Shown one piece after another: positions 1-8,781 of a stretch of 64,000 nucleotides of DNA. Below the pieces are notes generated by a model that made no database searches, was not told the origin of the DNA, and saw only the letters and a program-made list of their open reading frames with translations. The stretch is taken from positions 19,934 to 83,933 of the forward strand of contig JABIEF010000074.1 in NCBI GenBank assembly GCA_018651345.1. The letters run 5' to 3'. The position numbers were made by a program, and so were the translations under genes. Each line of letters starts with the position of its first letter. The first letter of the stretch is position 1. The DNA is from Rhodobiaceae bacterium (GTDB lineage: Bacteria > Pseudomonadota > Alphaproteobacteria > Rhizobiales > TMED25).

Positions 1-23
1 ATAAAAAATTATTGATTGCCTAT

Positions 24-100
24 GGCGGAGTAGCTCAGTTGGTTAGAGCAGAGGAATCATAATCCTTGTGTCGGGGGTTCAAATCCCTCCTCCGCTACCA
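24..100 (+). tRNA. tRNA with CAU anticodon, most likely elongator tRNA-Met
   Basis: 77-nt cloverleaf with encoded CCA. Acceptor stem GGCGGAG/CTCCGCT, D-arm AGCTCAGTTGGTTAGAGC, anticodon stem GAGGA/TCCTT around loop ATCATAA (anticodon CAT), T-arm GGGGG-TTCAAAT-CCCTC. It lacks the C1-A72 mismatch and the GGG/CCC anticodon stem of initiators. The G1-U72 pair and GTCGGGGG T-arm resemble elongator Met tRNAs as I recall them. Confidence 0.85.
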
Positions 101-142
101 TTTTTTAAATCCTAATAAAAATGCCAGGAAAGATTAATTATA

Positions 143-1384
143 ATGCATCCAGTAATAAAGAATTTCAGAGAAATTAAGGATATAAAACCGTTGTTGACAG
201 TTAGCATCGGTCATGCGGCAACCCATTGGGTAAATGGGATTTTTCTTGTATCATTGCCATTTATTGTAAAGGATCTTGGTTTAAATTTTAAAACCGCAGG
301 AACCATGGTTTCTATTTTTTTCATGGCTGCTGTCGCTATCACTATAATTAGCGGTCCTATTGTTGATATTACTAGAGAGTATATTAAATTTCAATTTATG
401 TGCCTTATTTCGGGAATATTAGCATTAATTATATTAGGATTCTCAGATACAGTTTATTTACTAGCAATTGCAGCTGTCTTTATAGGATTTTGTGTTAGCG
501 GATGGCATACGCCTGCGATACCATATTTGTCACAAATATATCATAAGAACCGTGGGTTAGCATTGTCAATTCATACGGTAGGAGCAAGTCTTGGAGATGC
601 AATAGGGCCACCAATTGCGGGTATACTAATGTTGTTTTTAGCTTGGGAAGCTACCTCTATGTTATTGTCTATTCCTGTTATTGTTATGGCTGTATATCTA
701 ATTATATACTTAGAGCCATCAGAAAAAGTTATTAATAGAATGGAACTTACCTCAGAGCATGAGGTTATTGAAAAAAAACCAACAACAAGGGTAAATTATG
801 TTGAAGGTCTTAAAGCCCTGGTCGGCAATAGATCAATGCTTCAGTTATGCTTAATGGCTGGTGTTTGGTCGATGACACAGAATGGCGTTACTGTTTTCTT
901 GCCACTGTATTTATATTTCATTATGGATGCGAGTCCGGCTCTCATTGGATTTGCTCTATTCTCCATACAGATTGGAGCAATATTTGCAGGTCCTATGGCA
1001 GGTGCTTGGTCGGATCAGATAGGTGCACGGAAAGTTGTCTTATGTGCACTCGTTGCATCTACTTTGTTATTGTTGATTTTACCATTTTTTAATAATGTGT
1101 ATATTTTTATAGGGATCGTATCTCTTGCTGGTTGTTCTCTTTATTCCATAAGACCAGTTATTCATAGTTGGACTATGGATTTAACTACAGACAAAACATC
1201 TGGTAGTGCAGTTAGCATGCTTTTTACAGCTCAGGCAGCGCTAACAGGAACTGTACCTTTTATTGGAGGAATTTTAGCAGATAATTATGGTTTGAAGGTA
1301 ACTTTTTATATGTTAACATTAACAAGTTTAATAGCATTGACAGTCGCTTTTTTGATGCCAAGGGTTAATAGCAAAGTGAGGTAA
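143..1384 (+). CDS. MFS-family transporter (12-TM permease)
   Basis: 413-aa very hydrophobic ORF with two six-helix halves separated by a charged loop (EPSEKVINRMELTSEHEVIEKK). It is a clear paralog of the ORF at 2235-3434. Confidence 0.8.
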   Translation: MHPVIKNFREIKDIKPLLTVSIGHAATHWVNGIFLVSLPFIVKDLGLNFKTAGTMVSIFFMAAVAITIISGPIVDITREYIKFQFMCLISGILALIILGFSDTVYLLAIAAVFIGFCVSGWHTPAIPYLSQIYHKNRGLALSIHTVGASLGDAIGPPIAGILMLFLAWEATSMLLSIPVIVMAVYLIIYLEPSEKVINRMELTSEHEVIEKKPTTRVNYVEGLKALVGNRSMLQLCLMAGVWSMTQNGVTVFLPLYLYFIMDASPALIGFALFSIQIGAIFAGPMAGAWSDQIGARKVVLCALVASTLLLLILPFFNNVYIFIGIVSLAGCSLYSIRPVIHSWTMDLTTDKTSGSAVSMLFTAQAALTGTVPFIGGILADNYGLKVTFYMLTLTSLIALTVAFLMPRVNSKVR

Positions 1385-1392
1385 ATAATATT

Positions 1393-2175
1393 ATGAGTTA
1401 TCAATTAATTAATCCAACAAGAAGTAAATTAGAAAAAAATGAACTTACATTAGGTGTTGGCCTAGTCCAATCAAGAACAGTTGATATTGCAAGCATGATG
1501 TCTACAGTTGGTTTTGATTGGCTGTTCATTGATTTAGAGCACGGCGCTTTATCTAGTGAGACAGCTTGTCAGATTTCTATAGCGGCATTGCAATCAAATA
1601 TTACACCCATAGTTAGAATTCCTATTAATGGTTATTCAATGGTTTCTAGAATATTAGACGGCGGGGCGATGGGAATAGTTCTTCCTCATGTAGAATCTCC
1701 TGAAGAAGCCCAAAAGCTAGTCGACATTGCAAAGTTTTCTCCAGATGGACACCGTGGCGTTGGTGGAGCGATTGCTCAATTTCAATACCAAGATGTAAAA
1801 TTACCCGAGGCAGTCAAAGAATTAAATAGATCCATGTTATTGGTTGCAATGGTAGAAACGCCAGAAGCAATAGACAGGATAGATGAAATTGCTTCTGTAG
1901 AAGGAATTGATATTGTTATGATCGGAACTAATGATTTGGCTATGTCTTTAGGTTGTCCTCAGGATTTCGGTAATAAAAAAGTAGTTTCTTGTTATGAAAA
2001 AGTTGCTTTATCATGCGAAAAACATGGCAAATGGCTTGGTTCTGGTGGGGTAAAAATTCCAGAGGTGGCAAAACAATATATAAATATGGGTGCAAATTTT
2101 TTCTTAGCAGGACAGGATATAGGTTTTTTAATGTCTGCAGCAAAAGAGCGAGTGAATGTATTAAAAGGCATTTGA
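1393..2175 (+). CDS. HpcH/HpaI-family class II aldolase (2-keto-3-deoxy-acid aldolase-like)
   Basis: 260 aa. The motifs FDWLFIDLEHG, MVETPEA and MIGTNDL are typical of the HpcH/HpaI/YfaU aldolase TIM barrel. The start lies 9 nt after the upstream MFS stop. Confidence 0.8.
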   Translation: MSYQLINPTRSKLEKNELTLGVGLVQSRTVDIASMMSTVGFDWLFIDLEHGALSSETACQISIAALQSNITPIVRIPINGYSMVSRILDGGAMGIVLPHVESPEEAQKLVDIAKFSPDGHRGVGGAIAQFQYQDVKLPEAVKELNRSMLLVAMVETPEAIDRIDEIASVEGIDIVMIGTNDLAMSLGCPQDFGNKKVVSCYEKVALSCEKHGKWLGSGGVKIPEVAKQYINMGANFFLAGQDIGFLMSAAKERVNVLKGI

Positions 2176-2234
2176 TGTAATGCGGTTACAATTAATAAAC
2201 TATATAAGATTTAATTCTTTATGAGATTAAAATA

Positions 2235-3434
2235 ATGCAAAACATATCTATTTTTATGAAGAATCAAGCCCAATCAATAATTGTAGCTTTAGGACATGGT
2301 GGAACGCACTGGACACAAACTGCTATATATTTATTATTACCATATATTACTATTGATCTGGGTTTGACTTATACCCAAGCAGGATTAATTTTAACTGTAT
2401 TTTACATTGCAAATTTTTTATCAAGCGTTCTAAGCGGCCCATTGGTTGATTTGACCGGTCGTCATGTGATATTCCAGGTTATTTCTTTGTTTATGGGTTG
2501 GTTAGCATTGCTGTTGATCAGTATTTCAACATCTATCTCCTTTCTATTTCTAAGTGTTATTTTAATAGGTATATGCATAAGTCTTTGGCACCCTGCTGCA
2601 CTTACATTTTTATCTTTGAAATATCCAAAGAGTAGAGGTTTTGCTCTTTCTATTCATAGTATTGGAGCTAGCCTTGGTGATGCAACAGTTCCTCTAGTTG
2701 GAGGATTCTTGTTATATTTTATGACATGGAATGGAACAGCAGCAATACTGTCAATACCATTATTTGCGTTGATGTTTCTAATTTATTTTTATTTAGATGA
2801 TAGCAAGTCAGATCCGAGTAAGGTAAATGCAAAATCAAGTCCTAAGAATTATTTTAATAATCTAAAGATCTTATTAAGAAACAGACAATTAATTCCACTA
2901 TTTTTAGTCGCCGGCGTTAGGACTTTAACTCAGAATGGTGTTTTATTTACAATGCCATTGTATCTTGTTACTAATATTGGAGTTAGCCCTGTTATTATCG
3001 GATCTGCATTATTTAGCATGCAATTTGGGGGATTGCTTTCTGGACCTACTGCCGGTATTCTATCAGACAGAATAGGAAGAAAACCCGTTGCTTTGAGCGG
3101 TCTTCTTTTATCATTCTTATTAATTCCTCTTTTAACTATTTCTGAAAATAGTTTATTCTTAATATTTTTATGTGGACTTATAGGCTTTGCAATTTATTCT
3201 GGTAGACCAGTTGTGCAGAGTTGGGCCTTAGATATTGCTTCCGAGAAAACCTCAGGAAGTGTTATAAGTTTATTGTTTATGGCACAGGTAGGGTTTGCAG
3301 CAGTATTCTCTCTAATAGGAGGTATTGTAGCTGATATTTATGGTTTGAAAATAATATTTTATATATTATCCGCTATATGCTTGACGGCTACAATTATTAT
3401 ATTTTTTATACCAAACAAGACAAGAAAATCATAG
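2235..3434 (+). CDS. MFS-family transporter, paralog of 143-1384
   Basis: 399-aa hydrophobic ORF. It shares blocks with the first MFS, for example LGHGGTHW vs IGHAATHW, RGFALSIHSIGASLGD vs RGLALSIHTVGASLGD, and TQNGV in both. Confidence 0.8.
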   Translation: MQNISIFMKNQAQSIIVALGHGGTHWTQTAIYLLLPYITIDLGLTYTQAGLILTVFYIANFLSSVLSGPLVDLTGRHVIFQVISLFMGWLALLLISISTSISFLFLSVILIGICISLWHPAALTFLSLKYPKSRGFALSIHSIGASLGDATVPLVGGFLLYFMTWNGTAAILSIPLFALMFLIYFYLDDSKSDPSKVNAKSSPKNYFNNLKILLRNRQLIPLFLVAGVRTLTQNGVLFTMPLYLVTNIGVSPVIIGSALFSMQFGGLLSGPTAGILSDRIGRKPVALSGLLLSFLLIPLLTISENSLFLIFLCGLIGFAIYSGRPVVQSWALDIASEKTSGSVISLLFMAQVGFAAVFSLIGGIVADIYGLKIIFYILSAICLTATIIIFFIPNKTRKS

Positions 3435-3445
3435 AATACAAGTTG

Positions 3446-3862
3446 TTATATTTTTCTAGTGTCCAAATCTACTAGTTCAATCTTGTAGCCATCAGGATCC
3501 TCTATAAATGCTATATGTGTTGTACCATGTTTCATTGGACCAGGCTTTCTTGGTATTTTTGCACCAGACCTTTCTAAATCTTCGCATACTTTGTAAATAT
3601 CCTTTACACCTAATGCAATATGGCCATATCCTGAACCAAGCTCATAAGGTTCAACTTGATCCCAATTATGGGTTAGCTCAACGACAGCATGCGTATCTTC
3701 CGATCCATAACCAACAAAAACGTTTGTAAATCGACCGCCAGGAAAATCTTTTTTTCTTAATAGTTTCATGCCAAGTAAGCGTGTATAAAAGTCTACAGAT
3801 TTTTCTATGTCTAATACTCTTATCATTGTATGCAGCATCTTGAATTGTTTATCGTCAGTCAT
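3446..3862 (-). CDS. gloA: lactoylglutathione lyase (glyoxalase I)
   Basis: 138 aa. MLHTMIRVLDIEKSVDFYTRLLGM, ELTHNW, YGHIALGV and IAFIEDPDGYKIEL match the GloA/VOC pattern. Confidence 0.85.
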   Translation of the reverse strand: MTDDKQFKMLHTMIRVLDIEKSVDFYTRLLGMKLLRKKDFPGGRFTNVFVGYGSEDTHAVVELTHNWDQVEPYELGSGYGHIALGVKDIYKVCEDLERSGAKIPRKPGPMKHGTTHIAFIEDPDGYKIELVDLDTRKI

Positions 3863-4028
3863 TTTATTACTTTCTATGATTTGTATATCTTTATCATATA
3901 AAAAAACATTTTAATTGCAAATCTTAATTATTCTAAAAGATGGTTTGGATAGCTGTTAGTTTAAATTTTTTATTTTACATAGCTTATAATAAATATATAT
4001 AATTGAATTTTATAAAAATGGGGGAACT

Positions 4029-4766
4029 ATGGATAACGCTATATGGGCAATTTGGTATGATTTGCCAGATGAAGATAACGCCGATTATTTTAACTGGATG
4101 CACAACGATTATTTGCCTTCAATACAACAAAAACCTGGTTGTTTATGGGCCGCTCATTACAGAGCCGGCGGTAAAGAGGGCGATGGTATGAAAAATATTA
4201 GGGATAATTTACCTCGGGTAGATGATAAAGATATTGGTCAAGGAAGTCAGTATCTGCAACTAGTTGGATCCGCTGAAGTGGCAACATTAACTGGTCACAA
4301 TACTTTTATAAATGATAAAGATACAGTTTTTCATAAAATGCTTGATAGAAGAATAGGTTCTAGAGCTTGTTTATTTCAAGTTATATCTAGAGTGGACGGC
4401 CCAGAAACTATAAAAAGAATTCCGGCAACAACACCTGGTCCTGTTATACAAATGGGTAGTTTTAGAACTAAAACCATTGCAGACGAGTTTGATGTTTGTT
4501 CTTGGTATACTCAACATAGATTACCAGCAATAGCAAGATTACCGGGATGTATTGCCGCAAGAACAATGCTTTGTGCAGCAGGGTGGGCAAAATTTTCTGT
4601 TATGTACGAATTTACATCCTTAGAAGAAAGACAAAAGAATTTTGAAGAAAAACATGAAGCGCTCGGGTTAACAGATGATAAATGGACACATAAAATACAT
4701 AATTACACAATCCATGCACCTGGGTCTCCTACTGTCGCAGAAAGAATATGGCCTTCTGTAAAATAA
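4029..4766 (+). CDS. hypothetical protein with an internal tandem duplication (two alpha+beta-barrel-like halves)
   Basis: 245-aa ORF with a GGGGGA Shine-Dalgarno about 7 nt upstream. The two halves share W..(x)..LP(S/A)I...PGC(L/I).A (FNWMHNDYLPSIQQKPGCLWAAHY vs CSWYTQHRLPAIARLPGCIAARTM). I recognise no family. It lies 28 nt upstream of the GMC oxidoreductase. Confidence 0.6.
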   Translation: MDNAIWAIWYDLPDEDNADYFNWMHNDYLPSIQQKPGCLWAAHYRAGGKEGDGMKNIRDNLPRVDDKDIGQGSQYLQLVGSAEVATLTGHNTFINDKDTVFHKMLDRRIGSRACLFQVISRVDGPETIKRIPATTPGPVIQMGSFRTKTIADEFDVCSWYTQHRLPAIARLPGCIAARTMLCAAGWAKFSVMYEFTSLEERQKNFEEKHEALGLTDDKWTHKIHNYTIHAPGSPTVAERIWPSVK

Positions 4767-4794
4767 GAAAAATATTCGTATAGAGAGGTATGTT

Positions 4795-6501
4795 ATGATT
4801 TATAATTATATTATTGTTGGGGGAGGATCTGCTGGTTCCGTTTTAGCAAATAGATTGTCTGCAGTATCAAAAAATAATGTATTATTAATAGAAGCTGGGC
4901 CAGATACGCCTCCAGGAAATGTTCCGTCAGTCATTCTTGACACATATCCAGGGACAGCTTATTTGGATAAAAGGTTTCATTGGGGGGATTTAAAGGTATC
5001 AACCGAAGTTGTTCCTCACAATGATCCTGACAATAATAATGTCCCTCTAAGAAAATATGAACAAGCTAGAGTCCTAGGCGGAGGTTCGTCAATTAATGGA
5101 CAGGTTGCCAACAGGGGCGCACCGAATGATTATAGCATATGGGAAGAGAGGGGTGCAAAAGACTGGAATTGGGATAAAGTTTTACCATACTTTAAAAAAG
5201 TCGAAAGAGATATGGATTTCGAAGGTCCCTTGCATGGCAATAAAGGCAGAATACCGGTATCTAGAACTTTTCCAGAATTATGGAACGGCCATGTTAAAGC
5301 AACTGCACAAGCATTTAAGAGTATTGGTTTTAAATATTTGGAAGACCAAAATGGAAAATTTGAGGATGGGTATTTTCCAGTAACTGGGTCCCATGTCTAT
5401 GAGAGAAGAGTGTCGGCTGCCGCTGGTTATCTTGATCCAACAACTCGTCACAGGAGTAATCTTACCATAATGACGGATACACACGTTACAAGATTAATTT
5501 TTGATGGAATGAAGTGTTTAGGTGTAGCTGCTGAAAGCAAAGGTAAAGAGATGGAATATATGGCAAAAGAAGTTATATTATCATCTGGGGCTATACACTC
5601 ACCAACACATTTATTGAGATCTGGAATTGGGCCGTCGATGGACCTAAAAGATTTGGGCATAGATGTAAAATTAAATTTACCTGGTGTGGGGCAAAGGTTG
5701 ATGGATCATCCTTCTGTAAATGTTGCATCTTATATAAAGCCTGATGCGAGAGTTAACGATTATACAAGAAGGCATTTACTTTTAGGTTTAAGATACACAT
5801 CTGACCTAGAAAATGTACCTCAAGGGGATATGTATGTTGCTGTTTGTTCGAAAACAGCATGGCATAGTATAGGAAATCAAATCGCATCTTTAATTATCTT
5901 TGTGAATAGAACTTATTCAGAAAGCGGTCAGGTAAAGTTAACTTCTATTGATCCTAGAGTTGAACCGCAAGTTCAATTTAACTTGCTATCAGATGAAAGG
6001 GATCTATCTAGGTTAATGGATGCTTTTAGGAAAATGGTTATTATACAAAAATCAAAAGAATTACAAGTAGCAACCAAGGATGTCTTTGCAGCTGTGTATG
6101 GGGAAAAGGTAAGGCAAGTTGGACAAGTTAATATTAAAAATAAGATTTTAACAAATCTATTTTCAAAATTACTGGATGGACCGGATGTTCTTAGAGAGGC
6201 TTTATTGAAAAAATTTGTTGTCGAGGCTCCGGATTTAAGCCTTCTTATGGAAGACGATAATGTCCTAGCTAATTTTATAAAAAAATCTGCAGTTGGTGTA
6301 TGGCATGCATCTTGTACTTGTAGAATGGGTCGCTCAGATGACCCGATGGCTGTTACCGATAGATTTGGAAGAGTAAATGGTATTGAAGGCTTAAGAGTTG
6401 TGGACGCATCAATATTTCCGATTGTACCATGTGCAAATCTGAATTTTCCAACAATGATGACAGCCGAGAAGATTGCAGACGATATACTAAATGGTAATTA
6501 G
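4795..6501 (+). CDS. GMC-family FAD oxidoreductase (choline/alcohol dehydrogenase-like)
   Basis: 568 aa. N-terminal FAD fold YIIVGGGSAGSVLANRLS, GGGSSINGQ, C-terminal VWHASCTCRMG (active-site His) and VVDASIFP....NLNFPTMM.AEK. Confidence 0.85.
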   Translation: MIYNYIIVGGGSAGSVLANRLSAVSKNNVLLIEAGPDTPPGNVPSVILDTYPGTAYLDKRFHWGDLKVSTEVVPHNDPDNNNVPLRKYEQARVLGGGSSINGQVANRGAPNDYSIWEERGAKDWNWDKVLPYFKKVERDMDFEGPLHGNKGRIPVSRTFPELWNGHVKATAQAFKSIGFKYLEDQNGKFEDGYFPVTGSHVYERRVSAAAGYLDPTTRHRSNLTIMTDTHVTRLIFDGMKCLGVAAESKGKEMEYMAKEVILSSGAIHSPTHLLRSGIGPSMDLKDLGIDVKLNLPGVGQRLMDHPSVNVASYIKPDARVNDYTRRHLLLGLRYTSDLENVPQGDMYVAVCSKTAWHSIGNQIASLIIFVNRTYSESGQVKLTSIDPRVEPQVQFNLLSDERDLSRLMDAFRKMVIIQKSKELQVATKDVFAAVYGEKVRQVGQVNIKNKILTNLFSKLLDGPDVLREALLKKFVVEAPDLSLLMEDDNVLANFIKKSAVGVWHASCTCRMGRSDDPMAVTDRFGRVNGIEGLRVVDASIFPIVPCANLNFPTMMTAEKIADDILNGN

Positions 6502-6509
6502 ATTATATG

Positions 6510-7637
6510 TTACAATTTACTTGCTAGCCATTTGAATGAAGCCGGGGCCCAATCATCAAAGTATTTAAATGCACAATGACCTGCATCCGGATATATTCTA
6601 ACCTCTTTACCTGTTACAGGTCCATTTTCAAGCATATAATATATATTTCCTATAGGTGCTAAATGGTCTTTCTTACCATTTATCATTAGGAGTGGTTGGG
6701 TGATTTTATCTATTATTCCAAGTTTTGATAATGACCATTTTTCAAAAATTTCTTTTTCTTTCTCAACAGACCAACTTGGGAACGCTGGAGGATCTCCAAT
6801 TTTTCCAAATACATGTTGAGCTCTTTGATTCCTTGCTTCAACAAAAGCATTTAATTCATCTTCATTCATTTCATATCCGAATGGATGTCCTGCATTAGCA
6901 ACGACTGCTTTTACCTTCTCTGGATATGTGCCAGCTAATTGCATAACCGAATATCCTCCTCTGCTTATTCCAAAAGCACCAATCCTTCCTTCGTCAATAT
7001 CATCTCTTGATCCAAGATAATCTATAGCTGCCATCCAAGCTTTGACTGATTCGGGGTCCCATGGGAATGGATTTTCACCAGTACCAGGTCCGTCCATTAC
7101 AAGAGCTGCCATTCCATTTTTTACAGCATATTCTGAAGCCCAGCCTCTATCTTCTTTAAACATATCTGCGCCACACATTATAAGTACAGCGGGAAGCTTT
7201 GCAGTTGATTTTGGTGTACGGAAGTGGCATCTAATACTTTTTCCTTGGCACTCTATATCTATAATCTCAGTCTCAGGTGACGTGTAATTACAGGCTTTTC
7301 GATAAACTCTTGCGCATTCTGCGCTAACAACAGATTTATTTTTAGTAATTTCTCCTGGATATCTTGCAATTGAATAGTATGTTTTTGCTATTAGGAATTC
7401 TTTACACGCTTCATCAATTTTATTTTTTTCTAGTAATTTGTCTCCAATATCTTCATGCTTTAACCCTGCTTCTTTCCAGATTGGAATCCAAACATCTTCC
7501 GTAGTTGCGGTTATGGTTTTGACCACTGATTCAAGTTCTTCTAGATTATCAAGCATGGGTATCCAGCGTCTATAGAATCCACCATGTTCAACTACAAACG
7601 GGTTTTCGCTAGCAGAGAATCCAATTTCATTTTTCAT
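6510..7637 (-). CDS. alpha/beta hydrolase with N-terminal helical cap (FrsA/DUF1100-like, C-C hydrolase/esterase type)
   Basis: 375 aa. Nucleophile elbow GISRGG, an acidic residue in GKKDHLAP and a His in DAGHCAF give a Ser-Asp-His order. The long N-terminal helical region resembles the FrsA / 2,6-dihydroxypseudooxynicotine hydrolase group as I recall it. Confidence 0.7.
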   Translation of the reverse strand: MKNEIGFSASENPFVVEHGGFYRRWIPMLDNLEELESVVKTITATTEDVWIPIWKEAGLKHEDIGDKLLEKNKIDEACKEFLIAKTYYSIARYPGEITKNKSVVSAECARVYRKACNYTSPETEIIDIECQGKSIRCHFRTPKSTAKLPAVLIMCGADMFKEDRGWASEYAVKNGMAALVMDGPGTGENPFPWDPESVKAWMAAIDYLGSRDDIDEGRIGAFGISRGGYSVMQLAGTYPEKVKAVVANAGHPFGYEMNEDELNAFVEARNQRAQHVFGKIGDPPAFPSWSVEKEKEIFEKWSLSKLGIIDKITQPLLMINGKKDHLAPIGNIYYMLENGPVTGKEVRIYPDAGHCAFKYFDDWAPASFKWLASKL

Positions 7638-7771
7638 TTTACTTTTTCTCTCATTTATAGGCTGACTATAATAAATATAGATTTATTATTTTATAATAAC
7701 TAGTATATTTTTTTAATATAGATAAAATAATACTATATTATAAGCTTAAATTATACATGGGGGAGATTTTA

Positions 7772-8764
7772 ATGAAAGCAGCAGTTATTGGCCTTGGTTG
7801 GTGGGGGAAACAAATTATAGAATGTCTTTCTAATAGTAAAAAGATAAATATAACTCATGGCGTTGATCCTTATGCAGATCAATCCTCAGATTTTTTTATA
7901 AAACATAATGTTGACGTGTCACAAAATTTTGATGAAGTGATTAATAATAATAATATAGATGCTGTTATATTAGCTACTCCGAATAAATATCATGAAGAAC
8001 AAGTTGTAAATGCAGCTAAAAAAGGGAAACAGGTTTTTTGCGAGAAACCTCTGGCTTTAAGTATTGAAAGTGCAAGAAAAATGGCAAAAGCTTGTGATGA
8101 AGCAGGAATAATATTAGGTTTAGGGCATGAGCGAAGATGGGAACCGGCGATGATTGAAGTAAAGGATATGCTTCAGAAAAACATTCTTGGTAAGATACTT
8201 CACTTGGAAAGTAATTTTAGCCATGATTTGTTTACAAAGATTGATAAAGATAATTGGAGGCTTGATCCTAATTCAGCTCCTGCAGGTGGAATGACGGCAT
8301 TAGGAATCCATCTTACAGATTTCTTTGTATCTTTTGTTGGTTCAGCTAGTGAAGTGTTTGCAAAGTCAGGATCTATTGTATTTTCTCATCCGAAAAAGGA
8401 TACTTTATCCGTCAACATTAGGTTTAAAAATAACATAACAGCAACTATGGCTGTACTAATTTCAACTCCATTTTATGGAAGATTTACAATATTTGGCGAG
8501 AAGGGTTGGGTTGAGGTAAGAGAGATATCTAATGTTGATTTTGATGATCCCGCTGAATTAGTATTTTGTGATCATAATGGAAAAAGAACTACCAAAGAAT
8601 ATGCGGTTGTTAATACAGTTAAAATGAATTTTGAAGAATGGGCCGATGCAATAAATGGTAAATGTGAATATAGAATAAAGATTCATGAAATTATATCGAA
8701 TATTGAAATTTTGGATGCAATTATTGAATCAGCAAATACAGAAGAAATTGTTCATATAAGTTAG
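7772..8764 (+). CDS. Gfo/Idh/MocA-family NAD(P)-dependent oxidoreductase
   Basis: N-terminal Rossmann motif KAAVIGLGWWGKQ and the family motif CEKPLALS. The ORF track starts at 7757, but the ATG at 7772 is preceded by GGGGGAG at a 5-nt spacing, so I prefer 7772. Confidence 0.8.
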   Translation: MKAAVIGLGWWGKQIIECLSNSKKINITHGVDPYADQSSDFFIKHNVDVSQNFDEVINNNNIDAVILATPNKYHEEQVVNAAKKGKQVFCEKPLALSIESARKMAKACDEAGIILGLGHERRWEPAMIEVKDMLQKNILGKILHLESNFSHDLFTKIDKDNWRLDPNSAPAGGMTALGIHLTDFFVSFVGSASEVFAKSGSIVFSHPKKDTLSVNIRFKNNITATMAVLISTPFYGRFTIFGEKGWVEVREISNVDFDDPAELVFCDHNGKRTTKEYAVVNTVKMNFEEWADAINGKCEYRIKIHEIISNIEILDAIIESANTEEIVHIS

Positions 8765-8781
8765 GTGAATAGGGGGTAATC

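Noticed and set aside
3435-3445. Convergent gene pairs with almost no spacer, or with overlapping ends, and no terminators: 3434/3446, 6501/6510, 13385-13402, 20399-20412, 25304-25307, 35081/35083 and 59463/59470.
   Set aside because: This is a consistent property of a streamlined genome rather than a local anomaly. It is not evidence of gene fusion or pseudogenisation, because every partner is full length with an intact C-terminal motif.
4003-4191. A 62-aa ORF starting at 4003 that overlaps the start of the 245-aa orphan ORF in another frame.
   Set aside because: The GGGGGA Shine-Dalgarno is correctly spaced for the ATG at 4029, not for 4003, where it would lie inside the ORF. The longer frame shows an internal repeat with conserved residues.
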